A stretch of DNA of 64,000 nt from Macrostomum lignano (lineage: Eukaryota): the NCBI GenBank assembly GCA_002269645.1, contig NIVC01003202.1, positions 47,920 through 111,919 on the forward strand. Reading direction: 5' to 3'. Position 1 is the stretch's first letter; each line of letters starts with the position of its first letter. The translations under genes and the position numbers were made by a program. Positions 39,478-52,007 of the stretch are shown in pieces. The notes beneath the pieces were generated by a model. It ran no database searches, was not told the origin of the DNA, and saw nothing but the letters and a program-made list of their open reading frames with translations.

Positions 39478-39824
39478 TCAGCACCTGTTGTCGTCCATCA
39501 GCTCGCTTGAGCAGTTCAAGCTGGTCGACTGGCCGTCGGCAATATCGACGCCGCCTTCGCCGACGTCCCCGAAGCCTCGGACAGCGTCATCGGCTAGGCC
39601 GCTGCTGTCGCCGGCGTTTCCGCCGCCAGTTTCGTCCAGGTCGCCTGTCGAGTCGCGACTTGTCCACGACTGCTCCTCGGCCGAGGCGAACAGCAGGTAC
39701 ACCACCCCGGCCACTACCTGGGTGGCCGCGGCGCTGCTCAGGGCGATCTGCCATTCGAATTTGATGCGGTCGCGGTCGTCGCGGCTGCGCACGATCAGGG
39801 TGGCGATCACTGTGGACATCATGC
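39478..39824 (-). CDS. SLC17: SLC17 transporter exon 4 (last); full CDS 1722 nt = 573 aa
   Basis: gcccag|GC ATG ATG: GMMSTVI...EWQIAL...YLLFASAEEQSW (VGLUT GMVCP...EWQ.VF...Y..FASGE.Q.W), acidic tail, TGA stop; all phases consistent. Confidence 0.92.
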
Positions 39825-39923
39825 CTGGGCGGGCGGGGGTGGCTGCCGAGTCAGTTGGGTTCTAAGAAAAACTTTTTGCCACAATTGCCTTGCTGCCTTG
39901 CTAGTTGTTTTGCTCTGTGTAAT

Positions 39924-40242
39924 GGGGCTGCAGCCTAGTGGTTGGAGCGTCGGATTCGCGATTGAAAGGTCGGGGGTTCGATTCACGACCCGCTCGGAAA
40001 AAATGTGTCCTTGAGCAAGACAACTAACTCTGCATTGCTTCAGTTCACCCAGCTGTAAAATGGGTGCCAGCATTAGCTGGGGTAATTGAGGTTGTGTGTG
40101 ACCACCCCCCCAGTCCTTGGACTGAACAGCCGTACGCAGCCTTCACATGCGCCGCGCAATAGCTGCGGCTGAGCTGTCGGTTGCACATCTGCCCATCAGG
40201 GCAAGATGTAATCTATTATAATTATTATTATTACTACTAATA
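39924..40242 (+). mobile_element. tRNA-derived CORE-type SINE in SLC17 intron 3 (antisense to the gene)
   Basis: A-box-like gcagcctagtgg, B-box ggttcgattc (39975-39984), then tgtgtccttgagcaagacaactaactct...cagttcacccagctgtaaaatgggt resembling the MIR CORE domain (TGTGACCTTGGGCAAGT...CAGTTTCCTCATCTGTAAAATGGG), and an (ATT)n tail. Confidence 0.8.
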
Positions 40243-40462
40243 GAAGTAAAAGGAGGCGCTTTTTCTGCACCGTCCTTTTTTACTTTTTTTTACTTTTTAC
40301 TTCTATTCTATTTTCTATTTACGCTTTTTAAAACACGCACAGTTCATGCTTCAATGCTTTACTCAGCTTGAATTCCACTCTGACATTTGAGTCCAGTTTC
40401 CGTCAAATTGGAAGCTGCAATCCCATTTGTCACGATATGCATAATCTGAAATTTTATTAGTC

Positions 40463-41537
40463 CTTGATGAACCCCATTCAGTGTCCTTGATGAACCCCAT
40501 TCAGTGTCCTTGATGAACCCCATTCAGTGTCCTTGATGAAACTCATTCAGTGTCCTTGATGAAACCCATTCAGTGTCCTTGATGAACCCCATTCAGTGTT
40601 CTTGATGAAACTCATTCAGTGTCCTTGATGAACCCCATTCAGTGTCCTTGATGAAACTCATTCAGTGTCCTTGATGAAACCCATTCAGTGTCCTTGATGA
40701 ACCCCATTCAGTGTCCTTGATGAAACTCATTCAGTGTCCTTGATGAAACCCATTCAGTGTCCTTGATGAACCCCATTCAGTGTCCTTGATGAACCCCATT
40801 CAGTGTCCTTGATGAACCCCATTCAGTGTCCTTGATGAACCCCATTCAGTGTCCTTGATGAACCCCATTCAGTTTCCTTGATGAAACTCATTCAGTGTCC
40901 TTGATGAACCCCATTCAGTGTCCTTGATGAACCCCATTTAGTGTCCTTGATGAACCCCATTCAGTGTCCTTGATGAACCCCATTCACTATGCTTGATGAA
41001 CCCCATTCAGTGTCCTTGATGAACCCCATTCAGTGTCCTTGATGAAACTCATTCAGTGTCCTTGATGAAACCCATTCAGTGTCCTTGATGAACCCCATTC
41101 AGTGTTCTTGATGAAACTCATTCAGTGTCCTTGATGAACCCCATTCAGTGTCCTTGATGAAACTCATTCAGTGTCCTTGATGAAACCCATTCAGTGTCCT
41201 TGATGAACCCCATTCAGTGTTCTTGATGAAACTCATTCAGTGTTCTTGATGAACCCCATTCACTATGCTTGATGAAACCCATTCAGTGTCCTTGATGAAC
41301 CCCATTCAGTGTTCTTGATGAAACTCATTCAGTGTCCTTGATGAACCCCATTCAGTGTCCTTGATGAACCCCATTCAGTGTCCTTGATGAACCCCATTCA
41401 CTATGCTTGATGAAACCCATTCAGTGTCCTTGATGAACCCCATTCAGTGTTCTTGATGAAACTCATTCAGTGTCCTTGATGAACCCCATTCAGTGTCCTT
41501 GATGAACCCCATTCAGTGTCCTTGACGAACCCCATTC
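40463..41537. repeat. 23-bp minisatellite (tccttgatgaaccccattcagtg)
   Basis: Tandem copies in SLC17 intron 3. Confidence 0.97.
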
Positions 41538-41714
41538 TGTGTTCAAATCCTCCCACATGTCCTAAAGCTCTAAAAGACCGCAAACGTGAATTTTGGGTAG
41601 CAATAAAAATGCCTAATTAAATTACAGGTGATAAAAATTGCTGTTGACAAGCATTGCGTCTGAGTTTTATGGTCGCGGCAACCCCAGTACACGCTGGCTT
41701 GAGCCGTAATATTG

Positions 41715-44675
41715 ATTGACTGAATTGACTGCAGTGTGTGTCTGAATTGACTGCAGTTTTTGTCTGAATTGACTGCAGTTTGTGTCTGAGTTGACTGCAG
41801 TTTGTGTCTGAATTGACTGCAGTTTGTGTCTGAATTGACTGCAGTTTGTGTCTGAATTGACTGCAGTTTGTCTGAATTGACTGCAGTTTGTCTGAATTGA
41901 CTGCAGTTTGTGTCTGAATTGACTGCAGTTTGTGTCTGAATTGACTGCAGTTTGTCTGAATTGACTGCAGTTTGTCTGAATTGACTGCAGTTTGTGTCCC
42001 AATTGACTGCAGTTTGTCTGAATTGACTGCAGTTTGTGTCTGAATTGACTGCAGTTTGTCTGAATTGACTGCAGTTTGTGTCTGAATTGACTGCAGTTTG
42101 TCTGAATTGACTGCAGTTTGTGTCTGAATTGACTGCAGTTTGTGTCCGAATTGACTGCAGTTTGTGTCTGAATTGACTGCAGTTTGTGTCCGAATTGACT
42201 GCAGTTTGTCTGAATTGACTGCAGTTTGTGTCTGAATTGACTGCAGTTTGTGTCTGAATTGACTGCAGTTTGTCTGAATTGACTGCAGTTTGTGTCTGAA
42301 TTGACTGCAGTTTGTGTCTGAATTGACTGCAGTTTGTGTCTGAATTGACTGCAGTTTGTCTGAATTGACTGCAGTTTGTCTGAATTGACTGCAGTTTGTG
42401 TCTGAATTGACTGCAGTTTGTGTCTGAATTGACTGCAGTTTGTGTCCGAATTGATTGCAGTTTGTGTCCCAATTGACTGCAGTTTGTCTAAATTGACTGC
42501 AGTTTGTGTCTGAATTGACTGCAGTTTGTCTGAATTGACTGCAGTTTGTGTCTGAATTGACTGCAGTTTGTCTGAATTGACTGCAGTTTGTGTCTGAATT
42601 GACTGCAGTTTGTGTCCGAATTGACTGCAGTTTGTGTCTGAATTGACTGCAGTTTGTGTCCGAATTGACTGCAGGTTGTCTGAATTGACTGCAGTTTGTG
42701 TCTGAATTGACTGCAGTTTGTGTCCGAATTGACTGCAGTTTGTGTCCGAATTGACTGCAGTTTGTCTGAATTGACTGCAGTTTGTGTCTGAATTGACTGC
42801 AGTTTGTGTCCGAATTGACTGCAGTTTGTGTCTGAATTGACTGCAGTTTGTGTCCGAATTGATTGCAGTTTGTGTCCGAATTGACTGCAGTTTGTCTGAA
42901 TTGACTGCAGTTTGTGTCTGAATTGACTGCAGTTTGTCTGAATTGACTGCAGTTTGTGTCTGAATTGACTGCAGTTTGTGTCTGAATTGACTGCAGTTTG
43001 TGTCTGAATTGACTGCAGTTTGTCTGAATTGACTGCAGTTTGTCTGAATTGACTGCAGTTTGTGTCCGAATTGACTGCAGTTTGTCTGAATTGACTGCAG
43101 TTTGTGTCCGAATTGACTGCAGTTTGTGTCCGAATTGACTGCAGTTTGTCTGAATTGACTGCAGTTTGTGTCTGAATTGACTGCAGTTTGTGTCCGAATT
43201 GACTGCAGTTTGTGTCCGAATTGACTGCAGTTTGTCTGAATTGACTGCAGTTTGTGTCCGAATTGACTGCAGTTTGTCTGAATTGACTGCAGTTTGTGTC
43301 CGAATTGACTGCAGTTTGTCTGAATTGACTGCAGTTTGTGTCCGAATTGACTGCAGTTTGTCTGAATTGACTGCAGTTTGTGTCCGAATTGACTGCAGTT
43401 TGTCTGAATTGACTGCAGTTTGTGTCTGAATTGACTGCAGTTTGTGTCTGAATTGACTGCAGTTTGTGTCTGAATTGACTGCAGTTTGTGTCCGAATTGA
43501 CTGCAGTTTGTCTGAATTGACTGCAGTTTGTGTCTGAATTGACTGCAGTTTGTGTCCGAATTGACTGTAGTTTGTCTGAATTGACTGCAGTTTGTGTCTG
43601 AATTGACTGCAGTTTGTGTCTGAATTGACTGCAGTTTGTGTCCGAATTGACTGTAGTTTGTCTGAATTGACTGCAGTGTGTGTCTGAATTGACTGCAGTT
43701 TGTGTCCGAATTGACTGCAGTTTGTCTGAATTGACTGCAGTTTGTGTCTGAATTGACTGCAGTTTGTGTCTGAATTGACTGCAGTTTGTGTCTGAATTGA
43801 CTGCAGTTTGTGTCCGAATTGACTGCAGTTTGTCTGAATTGACTGCAGTTTGTGTCTGAATTGACTGCAGTTTGTGTCCGAATTGACTGTAGTTTGTCTG
43901 AATTGACTGCAGTTTGTGTCTGAATTGACTGCAGTTTGTGTCCGAATTGACTGTAGTTTGTCTGAATTGACTGCAGTTTGTGTCTGAATTGACTGCAGTT
44001 TGTGTCTGAATTGACTGCAGTTTGTGTCCGAATTGACTGCAGTTTGTCTGAATTGACTGCAGTTTGTGTCTGAATTGACTGCAGTTTGTGTCCGAATTGA
44101 CTGTAGTTTGTCTGAATTGACTGCAGTTTGTGTCTGAATTGACTGCAGTTTGTGTCTGAATTGACTGCAGTTTGTGTCCGAATTGACTGCAGTTTGTCTG
44201 AATTGACTGCAGTTTGTGTCTGAATTGACTGCAGTTTGTGTCTGAATTGACTGCAGTTTGTGTCTGAATTGACTGCAGTTTGTGTCTGAATTGACTGCAG
44301 TTTGTGTCTGAATTGACTGCAGTTTGTGTCTGAATTGACTGCAGTTTGTGTCTGAATTGACTGCAGTTTGTGTCCGAATTGACTGCAGTTTGTGTCTGAA
44401 TTGACTGCAGTTTGTCTGAATTGACTGCAGTTTGTCTGAATTGACTGCAGTTTGTCTGAATTGACTGCAGTTTGTCTGAATTGACTGCAGTTTGTGTCTG
44501 AATTGACTGCAGTTTGTGTCTGAATTGACTGCAGTTTGTGTCCGAATTGACTGCAGTTTGTGTCTGAATTGACTGCAGTTTGTGTCTGAATTGACTGCAG
44601 TTTGTCTGAATTGACTGCAGTTTGTGTCTGAATTGACTGCAGTTTGTCTGAATTGACTGCAGTTTGTCTGAATTG
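41715..44675. repeat. 22/20-bp minisatellite (ctgaattgactgcagttt[gt]gt)
   Basis: About 3 kb of tandem copies in SLC17 intron 3. Confidence 0.98.
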
Positions 44676-45049
44676 GTTAGAAGAAACGCAGCACCTCTAC
44701 CTGCTGGAGATACAAAAGCAAAAAATAGAAAAAATCAAAGCTAACAAAAAGACAAACAGGAAATAATGTGTTTTTTCATGGCAGGATTTTCATCTAAGGT
44801 CATTTTTGCCTTCACGACCCGTAGCCATTCAGCTACAAGTGTTCGTTATTCACGCCTCTGTCGCCAACTCCCGAGAGAGCAGTCACGCTTAAGGAATTGC
44901 CAATCACAAGACAGACAGAATTAAATTAGCTGCCTTTATTAATATTTAAGACACTTCTGTTTGTTTGATAAATACAAATCAAATACAGAATATGAGAGGA
45001 AAGTGTATGGAATGCTAATTCTTTGTTGATGTTTTTTATTCATTCTCAA

Positions 45050-45742
45050 TGTTCACTAATTCTCGATATTCACTAATTCTCAATATTCACTCATTTTCAA
45101 TATTTACTCATTCTCAATATTCACTCATTCTCAATATTCACTCATTCTCAATATTCACTCATTCTCAATATTCACTCATTCTCAATATTCACTCATTCTC
45201 AATATTCACTCATTCTCAATATTCATTCATTCTCAATATTCACTCATTCTCAATATTCACTCATTCTCAATATTCACTCATTCTCAATATTCACTCATTC
45301 TCAATATTCACTCATTCTCAATATTCACTCATTCTCAATATTCACTCATTCTCAATATTCACTCATTCTCAATATTCACTCATTCTCAATATTCACTCAT
45401 TCTCAATATTCACTCATTCTCAATATTCACTCATTCTCAATATTCACTCATTCTCAATATTCACTCATTCTCAATATTCACTCATTCTCAATATTCACTC
45501 ATTCTCAATATTCACTCATTCTCAATATTCACTCATTCTCAATATTCACTCATTCTCAATATTCACTCATTCTCAATATTCACTCATTCTCAATATTCAC
45601 TCATTCTCAATATTCACTCATTCTCAATATTCACTCATTCTCAATATTCACTCATTCTCAATATTCACTCATTCTCAATATTCACTCATTCTCAATATTC
45701 ACTCATTCTCAATATTCACTCATTCTCAATATTCACTCATTC
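45050..45742. repeat. 17-bp minisatellite (attcactcattctcaat)
   Basis: Near-perfect tandem copies. Confidence 0.98.
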
Positions 45743-45956
45743 TTAGTATCCTCTGATTTTCAATTCCCCGGTGCACTTTGCCAGTTACAAAAAAATTCTA
45801 ATCTACGAGCTATTAGAGCTCAGTAAGAGCCCCATAGCTCCGGGTTTACAGAACAGGGAGAAGGTCGTTAATCAAATTTCTCTTTGGCCAGATCAAAATC
45901 GATCGGCCGCCTTCACCAGCCTAGCATTCACTGAGCTCGCGAGCTCGGCAACTCAC

Positions 45957-46064
45957 CTGTGAAGGTGCTGATGCTGTTAGCGAAACCCATCACGAGGCCA
46001 CAAAAGTTTGGCGCCAGCTCCATCACGTTCACGGCGTAGCCCGCCACGGCAAGGCCCGAGAAGC
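45957..46064 (-). CDS. SLC17: SLC17 transporter exon 3
   Basis: tcgcag|GC TTC TCG: GFSGLAVAGYAVNVMELAPNFCGLVMGFANSISTFT (VGLUT [30 protein letters not shown]); donor G|GTGAGT; follows an 80-nt intron. Confidence 0.92.
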
Positions 46065-46144
46065 CTGCGAGCGGTTATTGGTCACGTGATCAAGCCGGCG
46101 ACTGCTTAGTCACGGTTCGGAGACTGGAGAGGAATTTCACTTAC

Positions 46145-46309
46145 CGAGAGCCAGCGACAGCAGAATTGTTGCCACAACGGCGTCGTTGGCGAATCCCAGG
46201 GCAACGAAGAAGAAGGCCTTGAGACCGAAGCCCAGGCCGGCGAACAGCTTGCGGATTGCCGTCCAGTTCAGGCTGGTTTTCAGCTTGATGAAGTCGGCCA
46301 GGAACCCGC
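46145..46309 (-). CDS. SLC17: SLC17 transporter exon 2
   Basis: ccgcag|GC GGG TTC CTG GCC GAC: [32 protein letters not shown]...LSLAL (VGLUT GGQIADFLRS...VRKLMNCGGFG); donor G|GTAAGT; 165 nt, phase 1-1. Not in the ORF track. Confidence 0.92.
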
Positions 46310-46339
46310 CTGCGGTTCGGGTGGGTGCTGCCTGCTGAC

Positions 46340-46858
<519 letters not shown>

Positions 46859-47331
46859 CTGCAACCTCCCTACACTGGTTAGCTGAACTAGTGTCAAAGA
46901 CAAACATCCAAAGCTACAAAAACTGTACCACTGCTCCCTGTGCCAGCATCCAACATCCTTAATCTGTCTGTTGTACGCAGGGTGTTTGCTCTGCTCATGT
47001 CCCCCACCGGGGCGGGAGTTCTCCGCAGCTGTCAGGTTCTCACACCCCATGAGTCCCCCCCGCGCTGAGAGCCCGAAGCATTTCATTGAATAAACCAAAA
47101 TTGCGCAGCAGAGTTCAGCTCAAACGATAACGATTTACGCATCGCAATTATGCAGCCACACGAGCCAATGCATTTTGAGTTGATAAAAGACAGCGCTAGT
47201 TATCAAAAAAATTCTGGGTACCTTGTGCTGGCTAAAATTAGAACAGGAACGCAATCACTGAGGCACCTGGACTTTATGAATATTACTCTGATGTACTTTG
47301 AATTCTGTTTGCCTTCACTGACCCCTTTGTA

Positions 47332-47968
47332 CGGTCCTTATCTCTCTGACCCTTCCACGGTCCTTATCTCTCTGACCCTTCCATTGTCCTTATCTCTCTG
47401 ACCCTTCCACGGTCCTTATCTCTCTGACCCTTCCACGGTCCTTATCTCTCTGACCCTTTCACGGTCCTTATCTCTCTGACCCTTCCACGGTCCTTATCTC
47501 TCTGACCCTTCCACGGTCCTTATCTCTCTGACCCTTCCACGGTCCTTATCTCTCTGACCCTTCCACGGTCCTTATCTCTCTGACCCTTCCACGGTCCTTA
47601 TCTCTCTGACCCTTCCACGGTCCTTATCTCTCTGAGCCTTCCACGGTCCTTATCTCTCTGACCCTTTCACGGTCCTTATCTCTCTGACCCTTCCACGGTC
47701 CTTATCTCTCTGACCCTTCCATTGTCCTTATCTCTCTGACCCTTCCACGGTCCTTATCTCTCTGACCCTTCCACGGTCCTTATCTCTCTGACCCTTCCAC
47801 GGTCCTTATCTCTCTGACCCTTCCACAGTCCTTATCTCTCTGACCCCTTCCACGGTCCTTATCTCTCTGACCCTTCCACAGTCCTTATCTCTCTGACCCT
47901 TCCACGGTCCTTATCTCTCTGACCCCTTCCACGGTCCTTATCTCTCTGACCCTTCCACAGTCCTTATC
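47332..47968. repeat. 26-bp minisatellite (cttatctctctgacccttccacggtc)
   Basis: Tandem copies. Confidence 0.97.
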
Positions 47969-48689
47969 TACACGTCGCAGTTCACCATTTGAAAAGACAA
48001 GGCTAAAAGCGCTGAACGGAGGGCTTGTGCATTGCTCCATTGCCAATAAATTCACTAAACCATGCTAAAAGAGAGAAAGTCAAAGCCTCCAATAAGTCTA
48101 TCAAAGCGTATTCCAGATTTTGATCAGATCATGAATGAAAACTTATTAATGAAAGTGACTAAGGGCTTGAAAATGAGAAAGTATGCCTGCGTAGAAGTTT
48201 GTGAATATTTTTTCCGTTTTTTGTGTTCTCAGCAGCGTCCGCCCCTCCGCGGCTCTCCGTTATCCAGGTGAGTAGTTATGGTAGGTGGGGGGCTGCTGCA
48301 GAGCAACCCAAACGCTGCTATTCATTCCTGCTATCCTTCTTCCAGGGTAGGTGAGGTTGCGTTGCTGGGCTGTTAGACATTCTGAGAGCTGCACTGGGGG
48401 GGGGGGCGATACGGGAGAATTGAGCTCAGCGCGATGAGTTTGGGGAGGTTGAGTTGGGGTGCTGCGCCCCAATACCTGCCCTCCCAGCCTAATATCGTGC
48501 ATAATACAGAAGCCATTTGTATGAATTGATGGCTCTGAGGGCTCCGGCCTTTCGGATGTTATTGTGGAGTTCCATTTGGTTGAAAATGAGTATAAAATTT
48601 TTATATTTATAGCTATATGCACTAGATAACAAAGCCAGTGTGCGTTCAGTTGTGACTATTTGTATAGTTTTCGAGAAACTATAGTCATA

Positions 48690-50090
48690 CTCGTACTATA
48701 GTCATAGTATCTCATTATTGCCATACTATAGTATCTCTTTTGTCATGCTATAGTATCTCATTATAGCCATACTATAGTATCTCATTTGTTATGCTATAGT
48801 ATCTCATTATAAGCCATACTATAGTATCTCATTATTGCCATACTATAGTATCTCATTATTGTCATACTATAGTATCTCTTTTGTCATGCTATAGTATCTC
48901 ATTATTGTCATACTATAGTATCTCTTTTGTCATGCTATAGTATCTCATTATAGCCATACTATAGTATCTCATTATAGCCATACTATAGTATCTCATTATT
49001 GCCATACTATAGTATCTCATTATTGTCATACTATAGTATCTCTTTTGTCATGCTATAGTATCTCATTATAGCCATACTATAGTATCTCATTTGTTATGCT
49101 ATAGTATCTCATTATAGCCATACTATAGTATCTCATTATTGCCATACTATAGTATCTCATTATTGTCATACTATAGTATCTCTTTTGTCATGCTATAGTA
49201 TCTCATTATAGCCATACTATAGTATCTCATTTGTTATACTATAGTATCTCTTTTGTCATGCTATAGTATCTCATTATTGCCATACTATAGTATCTCTTTT
49301 GTCATGCTATGGTATCTCATTATTGCCATACTATAGTATCTCATTATTGCCATACTATAGTATCTCTTTTGTCATACTATAGTATCTCTTTTGTCATGCT
49401 ATAGTATCTCATTATTGCCATACTATAGTATCTCTTTTGTCATACTATAGTATCTCTTTTGTCATGCTATAGTATCTCATTATAGCCATACTATAGTATC
49501 TCTTTTGTCATGCTATAGTATCTCATTATTGCCATACTATAGTATCTCTTTTGTCATGCTATAGTATCTCATTATTGCCATACTATAGTATCTAATTTGT
49601 CATGCTATGGTATCTCATTATTGCCATACTATGGTATCTAATTTGTCATGCTATAGTATCTCATTATTGCCATACTATAGTATCTTATTTGTCATGCTAT
49701 GGTATCTCATTATTGCCATACTATAGTATCTAATTTGTCATGCTATGGTATCTCATTATTGCCATACTATAGTATCTAATTTGTCATGCTATAGTATCTC
49801 ATTATTGCCATACTATGGTATCTAATTTGTCATGCTATAGTATCTCATTATTGCCATACTATAGTATCTTATTTGTCATGCTATAGTATCTCATTATTGC
49901 CATACTATGGTATCTAATTTGTCATGCTATAGTATCTCATTATTGCCATACTATAGTATCTTATTTGTCATGCTATGGTATCTCATTATTGCCATACTAT
50001 AGTATCTCATTATTGCCATACTATAGTATCTTATTTGTCATGCTATGGTATCTCATTATTGCCATAATATAGAGTCTCATTGTCATACTA
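48690..50090. repeat. Composite AT-rich minisatellite of 22-24-bp subunits sharing tatagtatctc
   Basis: Alternating tatagtatctcattattgccatac and tatagtatctcttttgtcatgc units. Confidence 0.95.
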
Positions 50091-50407
50091 TGGTATGTCT
50101 ATAATTTTTTTATAGTATTAAAAAGAACAAAAATACTTTTTTCTCTAGCTGTCGGTTTGTAAAAATCTTGCAGGGGAATTATGGATGAGATTCTGTTTGA
50201 GGAGGGGAAGTGAGTTTCAATAATAAAGGCAGACAAAACAGATGACTGCGAGAGAGAAGAGACGGAGTGAGGGCCGGGTGAGAGACGTTATGGCTGAAAA
50301 CGTGTGTGAATTGGAAATATTGTCTGTCACTCGACTGTTGTCCTCGTGTGGATTTGTTCATAGCTGCCGACAGTGGAAGCAGAGCTTCATGAGATTGGGA
50401 CAGAGAG

Positions 50408-50880
50408 GATAGAGATCACGCAGGGAGTGGATAGAGATCACGCAGGGAGTGGATAGAGATCACGCAGGGAGTGGATAGAGATCATACAGGGAGTGGATAG
50501 AGATCATACAGGGAGTGGATAGAGATCATACAGGGAGTGGATAGAGATCATACAGGGAGTGGATAGAGATCACGCAGGGAGTGGATAGAGATCACGCAGG
50601 GAGTGGATAGAGATCACGCAGGGAGTGGATAGAGATCATACAGGGAGTGGATAGAGATCATACAGGGAGTGGATAGAGATCATACAGGGAGTGGATAGAG
50701 ATCATACAGGGAGTGGATAGAGATCATACAGGGAGTGGATAGAGATCATACAGGGAGTGGATAGAGATCATACAGGGAGTGGATAGAGATCACGCAGGGA
50801 GTGGATAGAGATCACGCAGGGAGTGGATAGAGATCACGCAGGGAGTGGATAGAGATCACGCAGGGAGTGGATAGAGATCA
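50408..50880. repeat. 22-bp minisatellite (ggatagagatca(cg/ta)cagggagt)
   Basis: Two variants in runs; begins about 25 nt inside SLC17 intron 1. Confidence 0.97.
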
Positions 50881-50905
50881 TGCAGCATTAGGAGCAGGTA
50901 CTCAC

Positions 50906-52007
50906 CAATCGGCACGAACAGGGAGCGAGCCAAGAAAGGAAATGACAGCAGGAAGATGGTCCTGGCAATGTCGGTGTTGTACATCTGGTGATAGTAGCTC
51001 TGCATGCACACGGAGCTGATCTGGAAGGTCCAGTCATCCGCAGCGTAGGTGAAGAAGATGGCATACACTGGCCTGGACTTGAAGATCTCCTTCCAGGGCA
51101 CCCGGATCCTGCGATCAGCGTACAGCACCTTCTTCTTGACCGCCGTCTCCAGGTATTGCCGCTCCCGCTTGCCTAGCCGCTGATCCTTTGGCGGCTTCTC
51201 GTCGATCAGGCGCCACCAGAAGATGCACCAGATCAGGCCGATGTTGGCGTAGATGTAGAACACCACCGCCCAGCCCCAGGCGTTCTCGATCTCCTGGCAC
51301 ACCGGCAGGCCGATCAGCGGGCCGAGAGACACCCCGATGACGGCGGAGCACAGCAGCGAGGAGCGCTCAGTCTCCGGGCCCCAGAAGCGGAGGGTGCCGA
51401 ACACGGCGGGGACCAGGCAGCCCTCGGCGAGGCCCTGCAGCAGCCGGAGCAGCACAATGATGGCGATGGAGGCGGAAATATCGGCGGCGATCTGGGTCAC
51501 CAGCGGCAGGAATAGGTTCAGACCGCAGGTCAGCGCCACGGAGCAGCCCAGCAGCAGGGAGCTGTCGTGGTGCACAGTCAGGTAGCCACCAATGGGACTG
51601 GCCACCAGGTAGCCAATGAACAGAGAGTTCTCAATGAGATCGTTGGCCATGTTCTGCCAGGGCATCGGCCGGTGGGTGCTTGGCTGGAACATGCCGTTGC
51701 TGCCGCTGCCTCCAGGCTTGCCAACGACCGGCTCGCCGGCTGGATGGACGGTGGACGACGTGGCGGCTGAGGCTGACGCGGCTGAGGCGGCGGCGACCAC
51801 AGCGGCCGAGCTGGAGTTGGAGGCGCTGCGCTTATTTAAATAGTCCATGATGGCCACCATCTCCGCCCGCATGCCGATCACGACGGTGAGGCCGAGCGAG
51901 CACAGCAGCGCGATCAGGTAACGCTTGCGGCCCGGCCCGCAGCAGCAGAACTCGTTGCGACGCGAACGTCGAATTGAAGCACCCGAAGCTGACGCTGCGG
52001 CTGACAT
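50906..52007 (-). CDS. SLC17: SLC17 family (VGLUT/EAT-4-like) MFS transporter, exon 1
   Basis: CCCGPGRKRYLIA, GMRAE, RLLQGLAEG, WGPETERS, WGWAVVFY, VPWKEIFKSRPVYAI correspond to VGLUT motifs (CTCFGLPRRYIIA, GIRCN, RILQGLVEG, WAPPLERS, PW..F.S.PVYAI); donor G|GTGAGT (phase 1). Confidence 0.93.

Noticed and set aside
39488-39865. Plus-strand ORFs here and at 57609-58016, 3057-3361 and 62954-63766
   Set aside because: Antisense shadows of GC-rich minus-strand exons or repeats.
39924-39995. tRNA gene
   Set aside because: A/B boxes are present but there is no closing acceptor stem or terminator, and it continues into a CORE-like domain and simple-repeat tail, i.e. a SINE head.
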